A model generated the notes under the pieces. It saw only the letters and a program-made list of their open reading frames with translations. It ran no database searches and was not told where the DNA came from. A program made the translations under genes and the position numbers. Below are positions 50,401 to 61,799 of a DNA stretch of 64,000 nucleotides, in pieces. Location of the stretch: assembly GCF_026571515.1 (NCBI RefSeq), contig NW_026857567.1, forward strand, positions 62,001 to 126,000. The letters are read 5' to 3'. Numbering within the stretch: the first letter of the stretch is position 1; each line of letters begins with the position of its first letter. Origin of the DNA: Ruditapes philippinarum (taxonomy: Eukaryota).

Positions 50401-51161
50401 TGGAGGTTAATGACTACCAAATATTCACCCCTATATACAACGTATAGTAAAAAAGCCAAGTTTGAGGCAAAATATCTCAAATACAGTATGCAAGATGCAT
50501 ACCCTTTCTGAAAGATCTTCAAAAATGAGTTGATTTAAAGAATAAAAATGATATGTTGAGCATTATACAAGAGAGAACATGTTCGTTGTTGTATATAGAA
50601 TTAGTAACAGCTTTTTTCAAGGCAGGGTATCTCGATGTTTGATCGGATCTTTTCCATGAGGTGATTTAACGTCCGCACCGAAAGGGATCAGTTAGTATCA
50701 AACAGCGACCTCGGTCGTAAGAAAACGTACTACAAAAAAATCGGTCGCCCGCTTCATTTTTTGATAACGTCAACAATGTTATGAAGACGATTTTGTTTAA
50801 ACGAGTCAATGTAGAACAGCATTTTATACTGCGAATGATGTTTTGATTGTTTTGATTAAATGTTGAACATTTCATTGTAAATGGATACCCTCATATTCGG
50901 TAGCGTCCATACACTGAATACCTCATGTTGATTTTAATGTTTGATTTTGAATTAAAATGTATGAAATATATCTTAAGGGAAATCATACCAATTTTCAGAA
51001 TGAAACAAGAAAAACGTGTATAAAAATAAAATTAACGGATAAAAAGATATATTTCAAAATACCTTTATAATTATAAAGATACGAAATACACTAAGTCTTG
51101 AAAATTACCAAAATTTAACATCAAATTCACTATCGCAAAAGCTAAAATGGAAATTGGAATG

Positions 51162-51560
51162 TCATAAAGCATAATGGGTGAACTGGCGGATAATCCCTTC
51201 CATATAATAGTGCATATTGACCACTTGTGATAATAGTAAACAGCCAAATAGTTCTTCGTCTTCGATTGTTAATCGCCAATGTAAAAAGAACATGTTAGTT
51301 TTTGTTCCGAACTTCAGCCACCTGTTCTTTACACAAAGTTGCATGTAAATTATTAGATAAATATTTAAGACTTCATAAAAATAAATATCAAATTTCCACT
51401 TTAAGGTAAATCTAGAAATATAATTATGAAATAGTACTAATGATAAGACCTCTATTTGCGTACGTTTTGAATATAGAACTCGTATGTCTGTGCTTATTAA
51501 CATTGTGTGTATCAAACCTTCAGGGGAATTATATATCTTATATTCAATTTAGGATTAGCG
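51162..51560 (-). pseudogene. Possible decayed LRR relic next to the assembly gap
   Basis: ORF 51162-51515 contains 'TDIRVLYSKRTQIEVLSLVLFHNYISRF', which fits an LRR pattern. Confidence 0.35.
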
Positions 51561-51566
51561 AGTCCA

Positions 51567-51712
51567 NNNNNNNNNNNNNNNNNNNNNNNNNNNNNNNNNN
51601 NNNNNNNNNNNNNNNNNNNNNNNNNNNNNNNNNNNNNNNNNNNNNNNNNNNNNNNNNNNNNNNNNNNNNNNNNNNNNNNNNNNNNNNNNNNNNNNNNNNN
51701 NNNNNNNNNNNN
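51567..51712. other. Assembly gap (146 N)
   Basis: Run of N. Confidence 1.
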
Positions 51713-52395
51713 AACATCAACGGAAATCCGATTATGCGTGGTGCTTCTTTAAAATATGGCCAGAAAGTTCAAAATGAAACTTGATTAAAGTAAGGAATTG
51801 CAAAAATTGATATGGTGATTAGATGAAATTATTTTGTCAAATTTATATAGAAAAATATTCCATAGATTATGATTTGAACCACTGCATTTTTACATTCAAC
51901 ATGTCACCAAGCCCAACAAAATACAGATAAAAGACAAATAAAAAAATTCGTTTGCAAGACATTCGTTTATGTCAATTTGCGGGCAAATCCTGTGAATGAA
52001 ATTTGGTTAATTTACAAAAAAAAACCCTGAAGGAATCAAACAGAAATATCTTTTACTCATATAAATCAAATTGGAACTTAATCATCTGTCGTCAAATGGA
52101 AATTGCACGAATACTTCAATTGAATTGCCATTTTCATACATGCAATCATATCGTTAGTCTGTAATCATGAGCAGAAATAAAACGGTGTACAAGAAAGCAA
52201 CTACATCTTGAATTATGCTGAAAGAACTTTGTGATTTTAACTTTATACACATTGTGCTGAGTACGATATAGTTTGGGAATAAAATAAAATTGCCTCTAAA
52301 AGACGTGTTATGCCAGCCAGACACATACGATTCTTAAACGCTTATATTGGACTTCAAAGCAAAAGCACTGCTAAGCACTGACGTTGAATGTCTAT

Positions 52396-52430
<35 letters not shown>

Positions 52431-53150
52431 CTAACCTGCAATCTTACATACTATTTGCGATTATCCTTCCTGCTGTAATGTCAAAATACTTTCTATATCC
52501 TTATTTATCTGAACTCATTTGTTTCATAAATTATAAAGAAAATGGTATGAACTTGAAACATAAACTTTGTTACGCTATGAGTGATTTACTGATTTTCTAA
52601 TCGTTTTCGTTGGCCATTTTCTCCCTTACATTCAAATAATTCATTTACTATAGATAAGTATAGAGGATTATCAACTAATATTGATTAAATATCATATTGC
52701 TTTAAAACTCATTCGCGAGTCAATTGTCAAAATATTTCTTTATATAAAACATGTTTCAAATACCATGGGCAGAGATATGCAATACACCGTTTTCGTATTA
52801 AAATCGAATCTGGAGGAACAATTACTATCATTGCACAAAACGATGACACATATCAATAGTTCTTCACGTTGCCGTTAAACCATGTTCAGTTCATGTTTGT
52901 TTTTTAATTACCACCTTTTGCCGACACCACATAACAACATCTTTGTTACTATTTACCCACTCGAATTTAAACATGTTAAACATGTTTCACCTCACCATGT
53001 GTCATATGTGACATGCAAAGTTTGCTAGTATCGTTTTGCTTTCCGGTTTGTACATTCCATCCTCCGAGTATAAATGTTTAATGTATGGTTTTCATAATTA
53101 CAAACCGTGTTTATATTTTTGTTGCCACTTATACAGCAACTTTGCTTTTA

Positions 53151-53431
53151 GTTTATGTTTGTTTGTATTTGATTTTATCTATACTCGCCACCGGTTACTC
53201 ATATGGGCGAGTCCCCAAGAATAGTATAAGTCATTTTAGATTTTTTGGAGGATAGTGCATGATACAGTTAAAAAAGACGCCCCTATTCCAGAAGTTTCTC
53301 CTGGTTCTTGAATGTGCCAAATGTTTAAGCACTCATACACGAGATTAGTAACTTTTGTTGGCCAGCCCGGGCATCGAACCCACAATGTCGATATTACAAG
53401 TCTCGCATATAACCGAGTTAGCTATGCGGGC
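53151..53431 (-). mobile_element. tRNA-derived SINE of a second family (V-SINE-like, tentative)
   Basis: Minus strand head GCCCGCATAGCTAACTCGG...GTGGGTTCGATGCCC (A and B boxes), body GGCACATTCAAGAACCAGG, CAAA-type tail. Confidence 0.65.
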
Positions 53432-54299
53432 TGGCAAGTAGGTTTTAAGATAAGTATAATGTTAAAATGTTTCAGTCAACGAAGCCGTTCCTTCTTTATT
53501 TTTGTTTTCATATCTTATATTCCCTGTGAATGAAGTCAAACTTATCATTTTCATTACTAATAGATTTATACATGATATATCATCAGAAAATCATAATTTA
53601 CACAAGATTTGTTTCTAATTTGCGGCGGGCTTTCAATTAGATTAATATATAACTTATATAATAAGTGTTTTATGATAATGATGCAGATAAATATATAGTT
53701 CAATGAAAATATGTTTTCCCTCTAGAGACAATACATTCAAGTTCTGAAATGAGTGTGCTGTTTTACTCAATGCATTTAACAATGATAACAGCTATATGTC
53801 AAACATTTTTTTAAAAAGAAACACAAAGCACACATTCAGGCTAACTTATGTACATTTTTTATTTAAATAATATTTACTTTTGCAGGATATTATATTTTAG
53901 AATCAGTATATCTCATAGACGACTTATATATAAAATGAAGAACGTTTTTGAAATTCTCTAATTTGATTAAAGTTCTCGAAAGAGTTCTTCTTTTGATTTT
54001 TATTCATTACCTTTTCAAACGAAACTATCTTTAGAAAACAATTTCCTGGTGACAAAAAATTGGATTGGAGGAGACAGAATAAATAAATAAAATGTTTCGG
54101 TTTACATTTTCTTTTTTAAGGAGTTTACTCTTAGACTATTGTTTTTCAATCAATGAAAGTTTGTCAAAGTGTGATTATTATTTACAGGGTGATATTGATT
54201 GAAAATGGTCTTTAATACAGGTTGAACTGTATATTTTTAAATAGAATATCCTTTTCAAAATACACAGAGAAAGGATTTGAAAATATAATGATTTTACAA

Positions 54300-56400
54300 T
54301 GGACTACTTTAATATTTTAAGCAAACATATGTCATTCCTTTTGTTTCGAATTGTATGAATTTCATAATAATTTGTATTCCATATACACATGTATAACTTT
54401 GCTTCAACAATTTTTCCCTCACTACAGTATTATTTAATGTACTTATTTTTAAATTGAGAAACTGCAATTTGTTTCAATTATCAACATGTTATAATATCAG
54501 TACCCAGTGTTGCTATAATAAATGTTTCATAAGAAAAAAGTCAGCACTCAACATTTATTAAAACTTTGATTGTGTGTACTATGTATACTTACAATAACAC
54601 CGACACAAAAAAAGAAATAATAAAAAATGCATAAATAGTGTCAATTCATTACATGTTTAAGATATATTTATTATTTATTTCAGTTTAACTTCGATATTTG
54701 CTTAAACACATACTTTTTTAAACAACAAAACAAAACAACAGTACAAATCAAATATAAGCTAAACTGAAAATGCACAATTATCATTTAGGGCACAATTATG
54801 CAAGCTTTTATTATCTATTGTGTTATGATATTGTTAAGATTTTTTTATTTCGTGTTGCACATTTTATGTACGTTTAGAAATGACGTCTTTTCGTTTTGAA
54901 TTTAAATAAAAGTGATATTTGAATTTCTTTACCTATCGTCAGGCTCTACACTCAAAAGAAATGATGTATAGTTTTTCAGTTTAATCTGCTTGTCTACGTT
55001 TTTCACAAGTCAATGGAAAATTTAACCCATTTAAACATTATTCCTAAGTTGTATTTTTTTTTCTTTCGGAGAACATTTTACAGGAATAGTCTGAATATAC
55101 GTTGGCTTCTCATTGGTAGTTTTAAAATAAGTATAATAATATGTGGCATCATTCTGAAACGTATGCATGTCGGAATTTTTCAATAATCGTCAGTTTTATC
55201 ATTTCCTGGACAAACTTACTAGCAAAAGTTCTCGGATATCTAAAATCTGTGAACTGCCAACCAGTTTACATATTAAACTGCTTTAAAATGTTAATAATTT
55301 TATAATAAATAGCTTCATATTCAAGAGTTGTTATTGACATTCTGTAAGTTTTGTTCGAAATAACGAGGCTACTAATAACGTTCATGGTTCCGGAAACTCA
55401 TTTGTACACCGGAACAATTCTGATATTCTTAGTAGATTATGTCCAGTATTCATTATATTGTATGAATTTTGATGTGATTAGTTATTGTGACTTCCAATAT
55501 TTCCTATTTTTAATTATTTGTGTATGAGGCATATCATTTATGTGTAATTCTATATATACGACGTGTAACGAAAACACGACAGTTTTATATAGTAACATAT
55601 CTTGCAGTGTTTTCTAGATCTAAAAGAAGTGCTAAGTTAAAACTCTAAAACATGCAAGAAAAAAGCGGTTTGATCTCGTATTTACTAACTTTTTTATGAT
55701 ATTTCTTGTTATTCATTTAAATATTGTTTTTTTTTAATTGCGTAATTCTTCTTGTTTTGATTTATTTTATTGTTATGTGACATTATACTATTTTGAAAGC
55801 GGAATTTATTTCCTGATACACGTAGGAGACTCATTGGAGCGTTCGAGAAAAAAAAGCATCAGCTGAAAATATTGATGTTATTTTTCATCTCTTTTACATA
55901 AGACTAGTTTCGTCAGAATTGTCAGAAAATGATGTATGATTAATCTTAATAAAGTAGCATATTTTTTTACGACAATCGCCTTCTTCTCCGTTTTGTAAAA
56001 TATGCTTCAACTTATTGTTCTATATATATAAATAATGAATTATAATTTATCCTTTTAACTGTTTTTTTTCTAAATTCACAATGGTTCAATTTTCAATTCA
56101 TATTATTTGTATGTTTTAGTCTAGTATCTTTGCTAAGTATGAAATGCATTTTACTGTTCATTTCTCATTTCCTGTTTTTGTAAACTCATTGAATTCACCA
56201 ATTATTTTGTGTTCCAATAATTCTGATCTAAACAATCATAGAACCTATACAAATAAGATCAATACAGTATGAAACTTAGTTTTGTTTCTTTCATGTATTA
56301 ACTGGTAAAGCAGAAATAGGGCTGGACATCACAACACTGTTGTAACTACATATCTCATTATAAGTTTAAAATTACAGCTCAACAAAATATAACTTTATAA
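54300..56400 (-). pseudogene. Possible decayed TLR ectodomain relic
   Basis: 'SITTLEYEAIYYKIINILKQFNM*...YPRTFASKFVQEMIKLTII' (~55180-55340) is LRR-like. Boundaries are guesses. Confidence 0.25.
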
Positions 56401-57045
56401 GCAAAGTAAATTATAGCTAAACAAGCAACGTGAATTGTTACTTGATTTCCCCTTAACTTGTTAATATGGCCATATTTATTATAAAACGTTAATGCATTGC
56501 TTACACTTTAACAATTCCGAAACTTCTAAAATCCGGAAATTTCTGATATCTTAACAATTTGTCAGTGTCCCGTACTTTCTAATTCAGATTGTATTCTTTG
56601 TACTAATAGTTATTAATACTTTGAATTACAGTTTGCAGCTTTTGGCATCTTTCTTTACTGACAAACCAATTTCATTATCAGCATGCATTTTTTGCCATTC
56701 GTTTCAAATACTATATGGATAGGTTTTATTATCAAACTACCCGAGATTTTGTTGTAAACAAATCATCTGAATTTTGATAAAGTTTTAGCAAATGGGGCTG
56801 AAACTCATCTCAAATGAATAAAGAATAGAATTCCCACCTGTATGAAAAATTTGCATAATTTTCTTTTCAGATTTATGTCACGTGACTTTGTTTTGGGCGT
56901 TCGTTGGGGATTCCGTAATTCTCTATCTCATTGACACATCATTGTTATTTGTGCCTTGTGGAGGCTGTAAAAAGTCGTACATATAATCAAAGATGTTAAA
57001 CTTTCGATCCTTGAAGATTGTTCAAAACGACATTAGTGTTGTGTA

Positions 57046-57560
57046 TGCTTGTTATATGGTATTTTTGTTTCTTCTGTTTGCCCTTTTTTAGTTTTGGTGG
57101 TTTCAGTATTCCTACTTGAATACTGTATAATCACCCTTAGGATATGTTGCCTGCTTTTTAAATGTGTCTTTTGACATCTTATCTGTGATATGCAGACTTC
57201 ATAACCGCAAATCCATTTCAAATTTCCATTTTATTTATTTCCGCCCAATGTTTTCTCTTTTAGGGCACACGCATTTTTTAATCGGGTCCATACGCCGCTT
57301 TTCATGGAATGGCACTAACGTGTCACATTGAAGGTTCTATGAAAACCGCCGTATGAACACATCTGCGGATGTTTCTTAATTCAAAATTTCACCATTATCA
57401 GGTTTAAATGTTGAATTCTGCTTAAGCCGATGAAAGGAGGTGCGGACGGCAACTTGCACTTTCCAGAAGCGTCCATGAAGAGGCTCAATCAAACCAAGCT
57501 GCAACATTTACAATTTTGTCGCTTATGGCGTACTTTAGGGTTTTCATTTTTCTCTTTTTC
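57046..57560 (+). mobile_element. Unclassified ~510-bp hairpin-rich interspersed repeat
   Basis: Colinear with the reverse complement of 19286-19792; same T-rich terminus; no TIR, TSD, tRNA head or conserved ORF seen. Confidence 0.85.
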
Positions 57561-57934
57561 AATATTAGTTATAAGTGTTGTTTTTTAGCTAGATTTTCCG
57601 ATGCATTGATGAGTTTCAAGTGTAGTCGAATAAATGATTAATCGCTATGGATTTTCATCACCAGACACTGGAGACATTTTTGCCCATTATCGAAATAACT
57701 CATATGAAATTATCCCTTGTCCAGACGTAGGTATAAATAGAAAATAGCCAACTATTATCTGGAAGAATGCTCATCGTTATTGCGCCTTATTAGAAACAAT
57801 AAACAATTTCACGCTTTTTGTCTATCTTTAGTTTATTTGTCGTTAATATTTGACTTGATGCATCAGCAGTATATGCAATACAACATTTATTGTATATATA
57901 TGTAAAGAATGTTCCCAACGCAAAAAAAATCCAG

Positions 57935-58375
57935 GCCGTGTGTTCATAAAGATTTAAGGATTAGGAACAAGACCAGGATCAAATTAAAATTAAAAAAAAA
58001 ACATTATAATAATTTATAGTATCCGTTGTTTATCCTCATAGATTAAATAGTTATTATAACTGGACTTGAAACAGCATGTTTATGAAATTGTAGTATAAAT
58101 CTCTGGTTATTTTTGCAAGATACTGGCATTTTACAAATTGAACAAAATATTTATTTTGAACCTTAAATTGATTCTTATTTTGATCCGATTATTTTTTGTA
58201 TCTGTTTTGTTATTAGTTGATTTTACCCTAAAATAGGATTTATTTCTTTGTAAATCAGCTAATTTTACATTTTGTTTATGTACCATTTAATTCCATCAAA
58301 ATATGATAAATTATTGTAACATAAAACAGTGAAAATAAAATTAGGATTCTGATTTTTTCTTTGTGAACACGGGGC
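57935..58375. mobile_element. PIF/Harbinger-like MITE
   Basis: TIRs GCCGTGTGTTCATAAAG / CTTTGTGAACACGGGGC; 3-bp flanks CAG / CGG (one mismatch). Confidence 0.65.
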
Positions 58376-60236
58376 CGGATGACATAACTTTCCAGGATAC
58401 ATTATAATTTTTAAAATATTTGCTTTATTTAATTTCTTAAGATCACGGCATTGGTAAATTAATGACGACTCTACGAAAATTCCTTAAATATCAAGATATA
58501 CAATTGTCATCTTTTGCACAAATAGAATTAATAATTATTTACAATAGGTTGGCCATTTTGTTCAAAAGATATAAAACGTTTCGACATAATTTCATTTGAT
58601 ACACATGAAGCGGTTTTATGCTCGGACTGGGTTTGGTGAATGTCCCGTTCCCTTTTTGATTTTTCCTTTTATATTTCATATTACTCGTATATCTGGTTAA
58701 TTGGTTAAAACGAGATAATTATTAATAATTTCTCAGGTGTTAAATTTGTGATGGAATTTGTCTTTCAATCACACGAATATTATAGCATTGATTTAATTAC
58801 GTGATGTTTTGCTACTTATATTGTTAGCATTTTATTTAAGTTTGTTTCATGTAGATCTTAAATATGTGTTTAATATTTTCTTTGATTTGAGAGTGACATT
58901 GAGTATTTTCATCACTCAAACTCTAGTCAACATTTTTGTTTTTATACTTACTTTAGTTGACATTTTTACATCTGGTACGTACAATTAACGTTAATCCGTA
59001 ATAATTATATGTTCTATTTTAAAGTTTTAACATAGCATTGACAAAACTGTTTAAAGCGATTGACATTTAAGCAGTTAGACAGAGAAAGCAATATCCACGT
59101 ATTTAGTTAAAAGAGGATATCGGTGATATATATATATATATATTCCCCGATTGCTTTACTAAATAAATGTGGACTGAAAAGGCCTTTAGAGCAGTAAAGA
59201 TAAAATGTTTTGATGTACACGACCCAACCTTATATATAATAAAATGTTTACTAACATTTAAACAATGTATAACGTTCTTATACTCGACCAATCCTTGATC
59301 ATTATTTATCAATATTTATAGAATTGTAGTGAAACCGAGATTGAAAACGATGTTTCACTTGATTATAACAACCTTATAAAGCATGATTTATTTCTTGCTT
59401 TGCATTCCATAATTTATAAAATGAAAACTAATAAAATTTGTTAGATATAAAGATTTATAATCAAACACAAGAGCTACAAGTATGAAAGACGATTGTGTCA
59501 CGAATTGTATATTTTTTCCCTCTCATTAGATCTGAAAATGACAAATATGTATTATTTATGTATGATATTCTAAAGCGAACACGACAAAATGTCTTTTAAA
59601 AAGGCAGTGAACTGTTTTTCCTGAAGCAACAAATGTTTTTGAAATAACAGTCGGTCTTGATACCTACTAGTTAAGATTTTTGGCGTAGTTTCTGAGACAG
59701 CACAAATGGTGTTATTCATAAACACTGGCCCATTAAAAAAAGTTTTAACGATTCTTTTTTGCTATTTCAAAAGACAAAAATCTTTCAGAACCCTGTACAT
59801 TTATTTAAAGATATACTATTCTTAAAATGTGAAAATTGAAAAGATAAATACTACTTAGCCTCTTTGTAAATACAAAATAAGCATGTTATGAGTTTACAAA
59901 ATACAGTTGGACATAAAACGTGATAATGTAGGGTCATTAAAATTCTGGCGGATTTTAAAGATATTATTTCAGGGAATGCAGCTTCCCATAAACTAATTTG
60001 TAGCCTCCTTTATTTAAATTTAACATAATTATTCATTGAGAACTTTTAATACTATATTTCAATACATCTCCGACATAGAAATATTTCAATACTGAAAAAT
60101 GATCATAATTTACATGTACAAAGTTTTTTATGCTACGTTTACACTATGTTCCAGGCGGGTACTGCACTCCCGATTCCTCGGAATATATTGTGTTGTAGGA
60201 CGTTGTCAAATTTTAATTTCATAAATAAACTGGCTG

Positions 60237-60820
60237 GCTCTTGTTGCTGGATCGTGTGGGGGTTGCGTTTGTTGAACGGCGCCTTTCCTTGTTGATCTTG
60301 TTTATCATAATTCAAATACAATTTTTGTTTGATTTAGCTCAATTTCCTCACGATATATCACGATTGTCGTGACTAGAACGAATACAATAGTCCTAGTTGG
60401 CCTATTAAGTTTCGGCTGCACTTTATAAGAGATCCATGTCCACTACGATGACTTCTGATGGAATTTGTTCTTTTTTGCATGCCTTCATCAATTTCTGATG
60501 CGTTTCATGTCGAAATGACACATATATCAAAGTAGGAATATGGTTAGCTAAGTTAGATATATTTGTTTATCTAAATTATTTTGCTGTGTCTTGGCATTTT
60601 CCTTCATTTTTTTAAGGGCGTTGTATCCACAATATAAAAAGCAAACAAAGCAAGACCAATATTGTACCGAGAAGGGCAAAGTGATGCAGAACTAGAGAGG
60701 AATGTCGGATTCCGTGGAGTTCAAATGAATTCCATCTGAATACAGACCACTTCCAAGTTGTGTTGTTCTTTTCTTCATGGATCTTCTCATTTATGCCTTG
60801 CAGATTCAGATCTTTATATT
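60237..60820 (-). mobile_element. Decayed 3' end of a non-LTR retrotransposon (ORF2 C-terminus and 3' UTR); clade uncertain
   Basis: Fragments 'CGYNALKK', 'FLL*YMCHFDMKR' and 'QKLMKACKKEQIPSEVIVVDMDLL' resemble a zinc-knuckle C-terminus; terminal ~75 bp shared with 32803-32880. Confidence 0.5.
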
Positions 60821-61799
60821 TGAATTACTGTGTGTTCTTTATTATTTATTTCTTTTCATCGTGTCAGCGGAAACCTTTAAAGCGAAACTCATTTCCCGGC
60901 AAACAAAAATCATTTTATGGCACACAATTTGACGTCATGGTTTTGTAATTAAATATCGCTAATATAGTATATGGCTCAACAATATTTACAATGTAATCAG
61001 ATACTTTTAGTCGTAAAATTGCAATATAATGTGATATTATCATCTTAAAATTTAAGTGCTTCAATAATCTAAATACTTGATACATAAGAATTGGAGGATA
61101 AGAAGAATTAAATCATATTTTTATTGCCAAAAATATATATCATTTCAGTACACGTAAAGTATATACCCTATAGCCAAAATTGGGTTAAGTATAATGTTAT
61201 AACAATATTGCCCATATTATAACATAAAACACTATAATATAACGTAATATGAATTTTGAAATAACATGAAATTTTATATAATGTTAAACTTTTAAGACAA
61301 TGTTAAACTTTTAAGACCATTTGACTTTGTAAATTTTTAGCTGCACTTTTTAATATGTGACCAGTATTTTAAACAAGGGTTCAGTAGAAATACACAGAGC
61401 AACTGTGCGACTACATCCGGTTCACTTAACAATCCTTGATTTAATGGATTCAAGAAAAATTACATAATCGGAGTGACATTTGTCTTCATATAATATAGAA
61501 TGTTCGGCTAGACAAGACAATCCTTTCTAAGCCAATAAATTGATCCTTAAACAACAGGTGTTTGGTTCCAATGTTGGATTTAAATCGTTTGTTTCAATCT
61601 TTTAACGTAATAACGTAATGTTACTTTATATATTGCCCTAGAATGTATGCTTTAACAATTCATATACAAACGTGGGTCACACTGAACGTCAAAAATTAAT
61701 GAACCACATTTAGACACATTTAGACACACAAGCGCGCATACGCACAAGCATGCACATGAGTAATATATAGTGTGTTATGACTGTTCTGGTTATATCCGT

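Larger units (their letters stand above)
56600..59600 (-). pseudogene. Decayed TLR relic on the minus strand, split by the structured repeat and a Harbinger-like MITE
   Basis: LRRs 'VIHCLNVSKHFII' and 'FTALKAFSVHIYLVKQSGNIYIYISPISSFN' (ORF 59103-59312); TIR-like 'KDRKFNIFDYMYDFLQ...RITESPTNAQNKV...YSFEMSF' (~56800-57030). Confidence 0.45.

Noticed and set aside
53360-53431. Functional tRNA gene (also ~48988-49054 and the other SINE heads)
   Set aside because: Cloverleaf stems are broken; this one continues into a SINE body and tail, and the 48.99-kb segment is in low-quality sequence.
55895-55935. Minimal hammerhead ribozyme on the minus strand (...GACGAAACTAGTC)
   Set aside because: Core reads CTGACAA instead of CTGANGA, and stems I and II cannot be formed.
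60620-60810. Env-like transmembrane protein ('ILVLLCLLFILWIQR') on the minus strand
   Set aside because: No LTR, gag or pol nearby; adjacent frames fit a decayed LINE ORF2 C-terminus and tail better.
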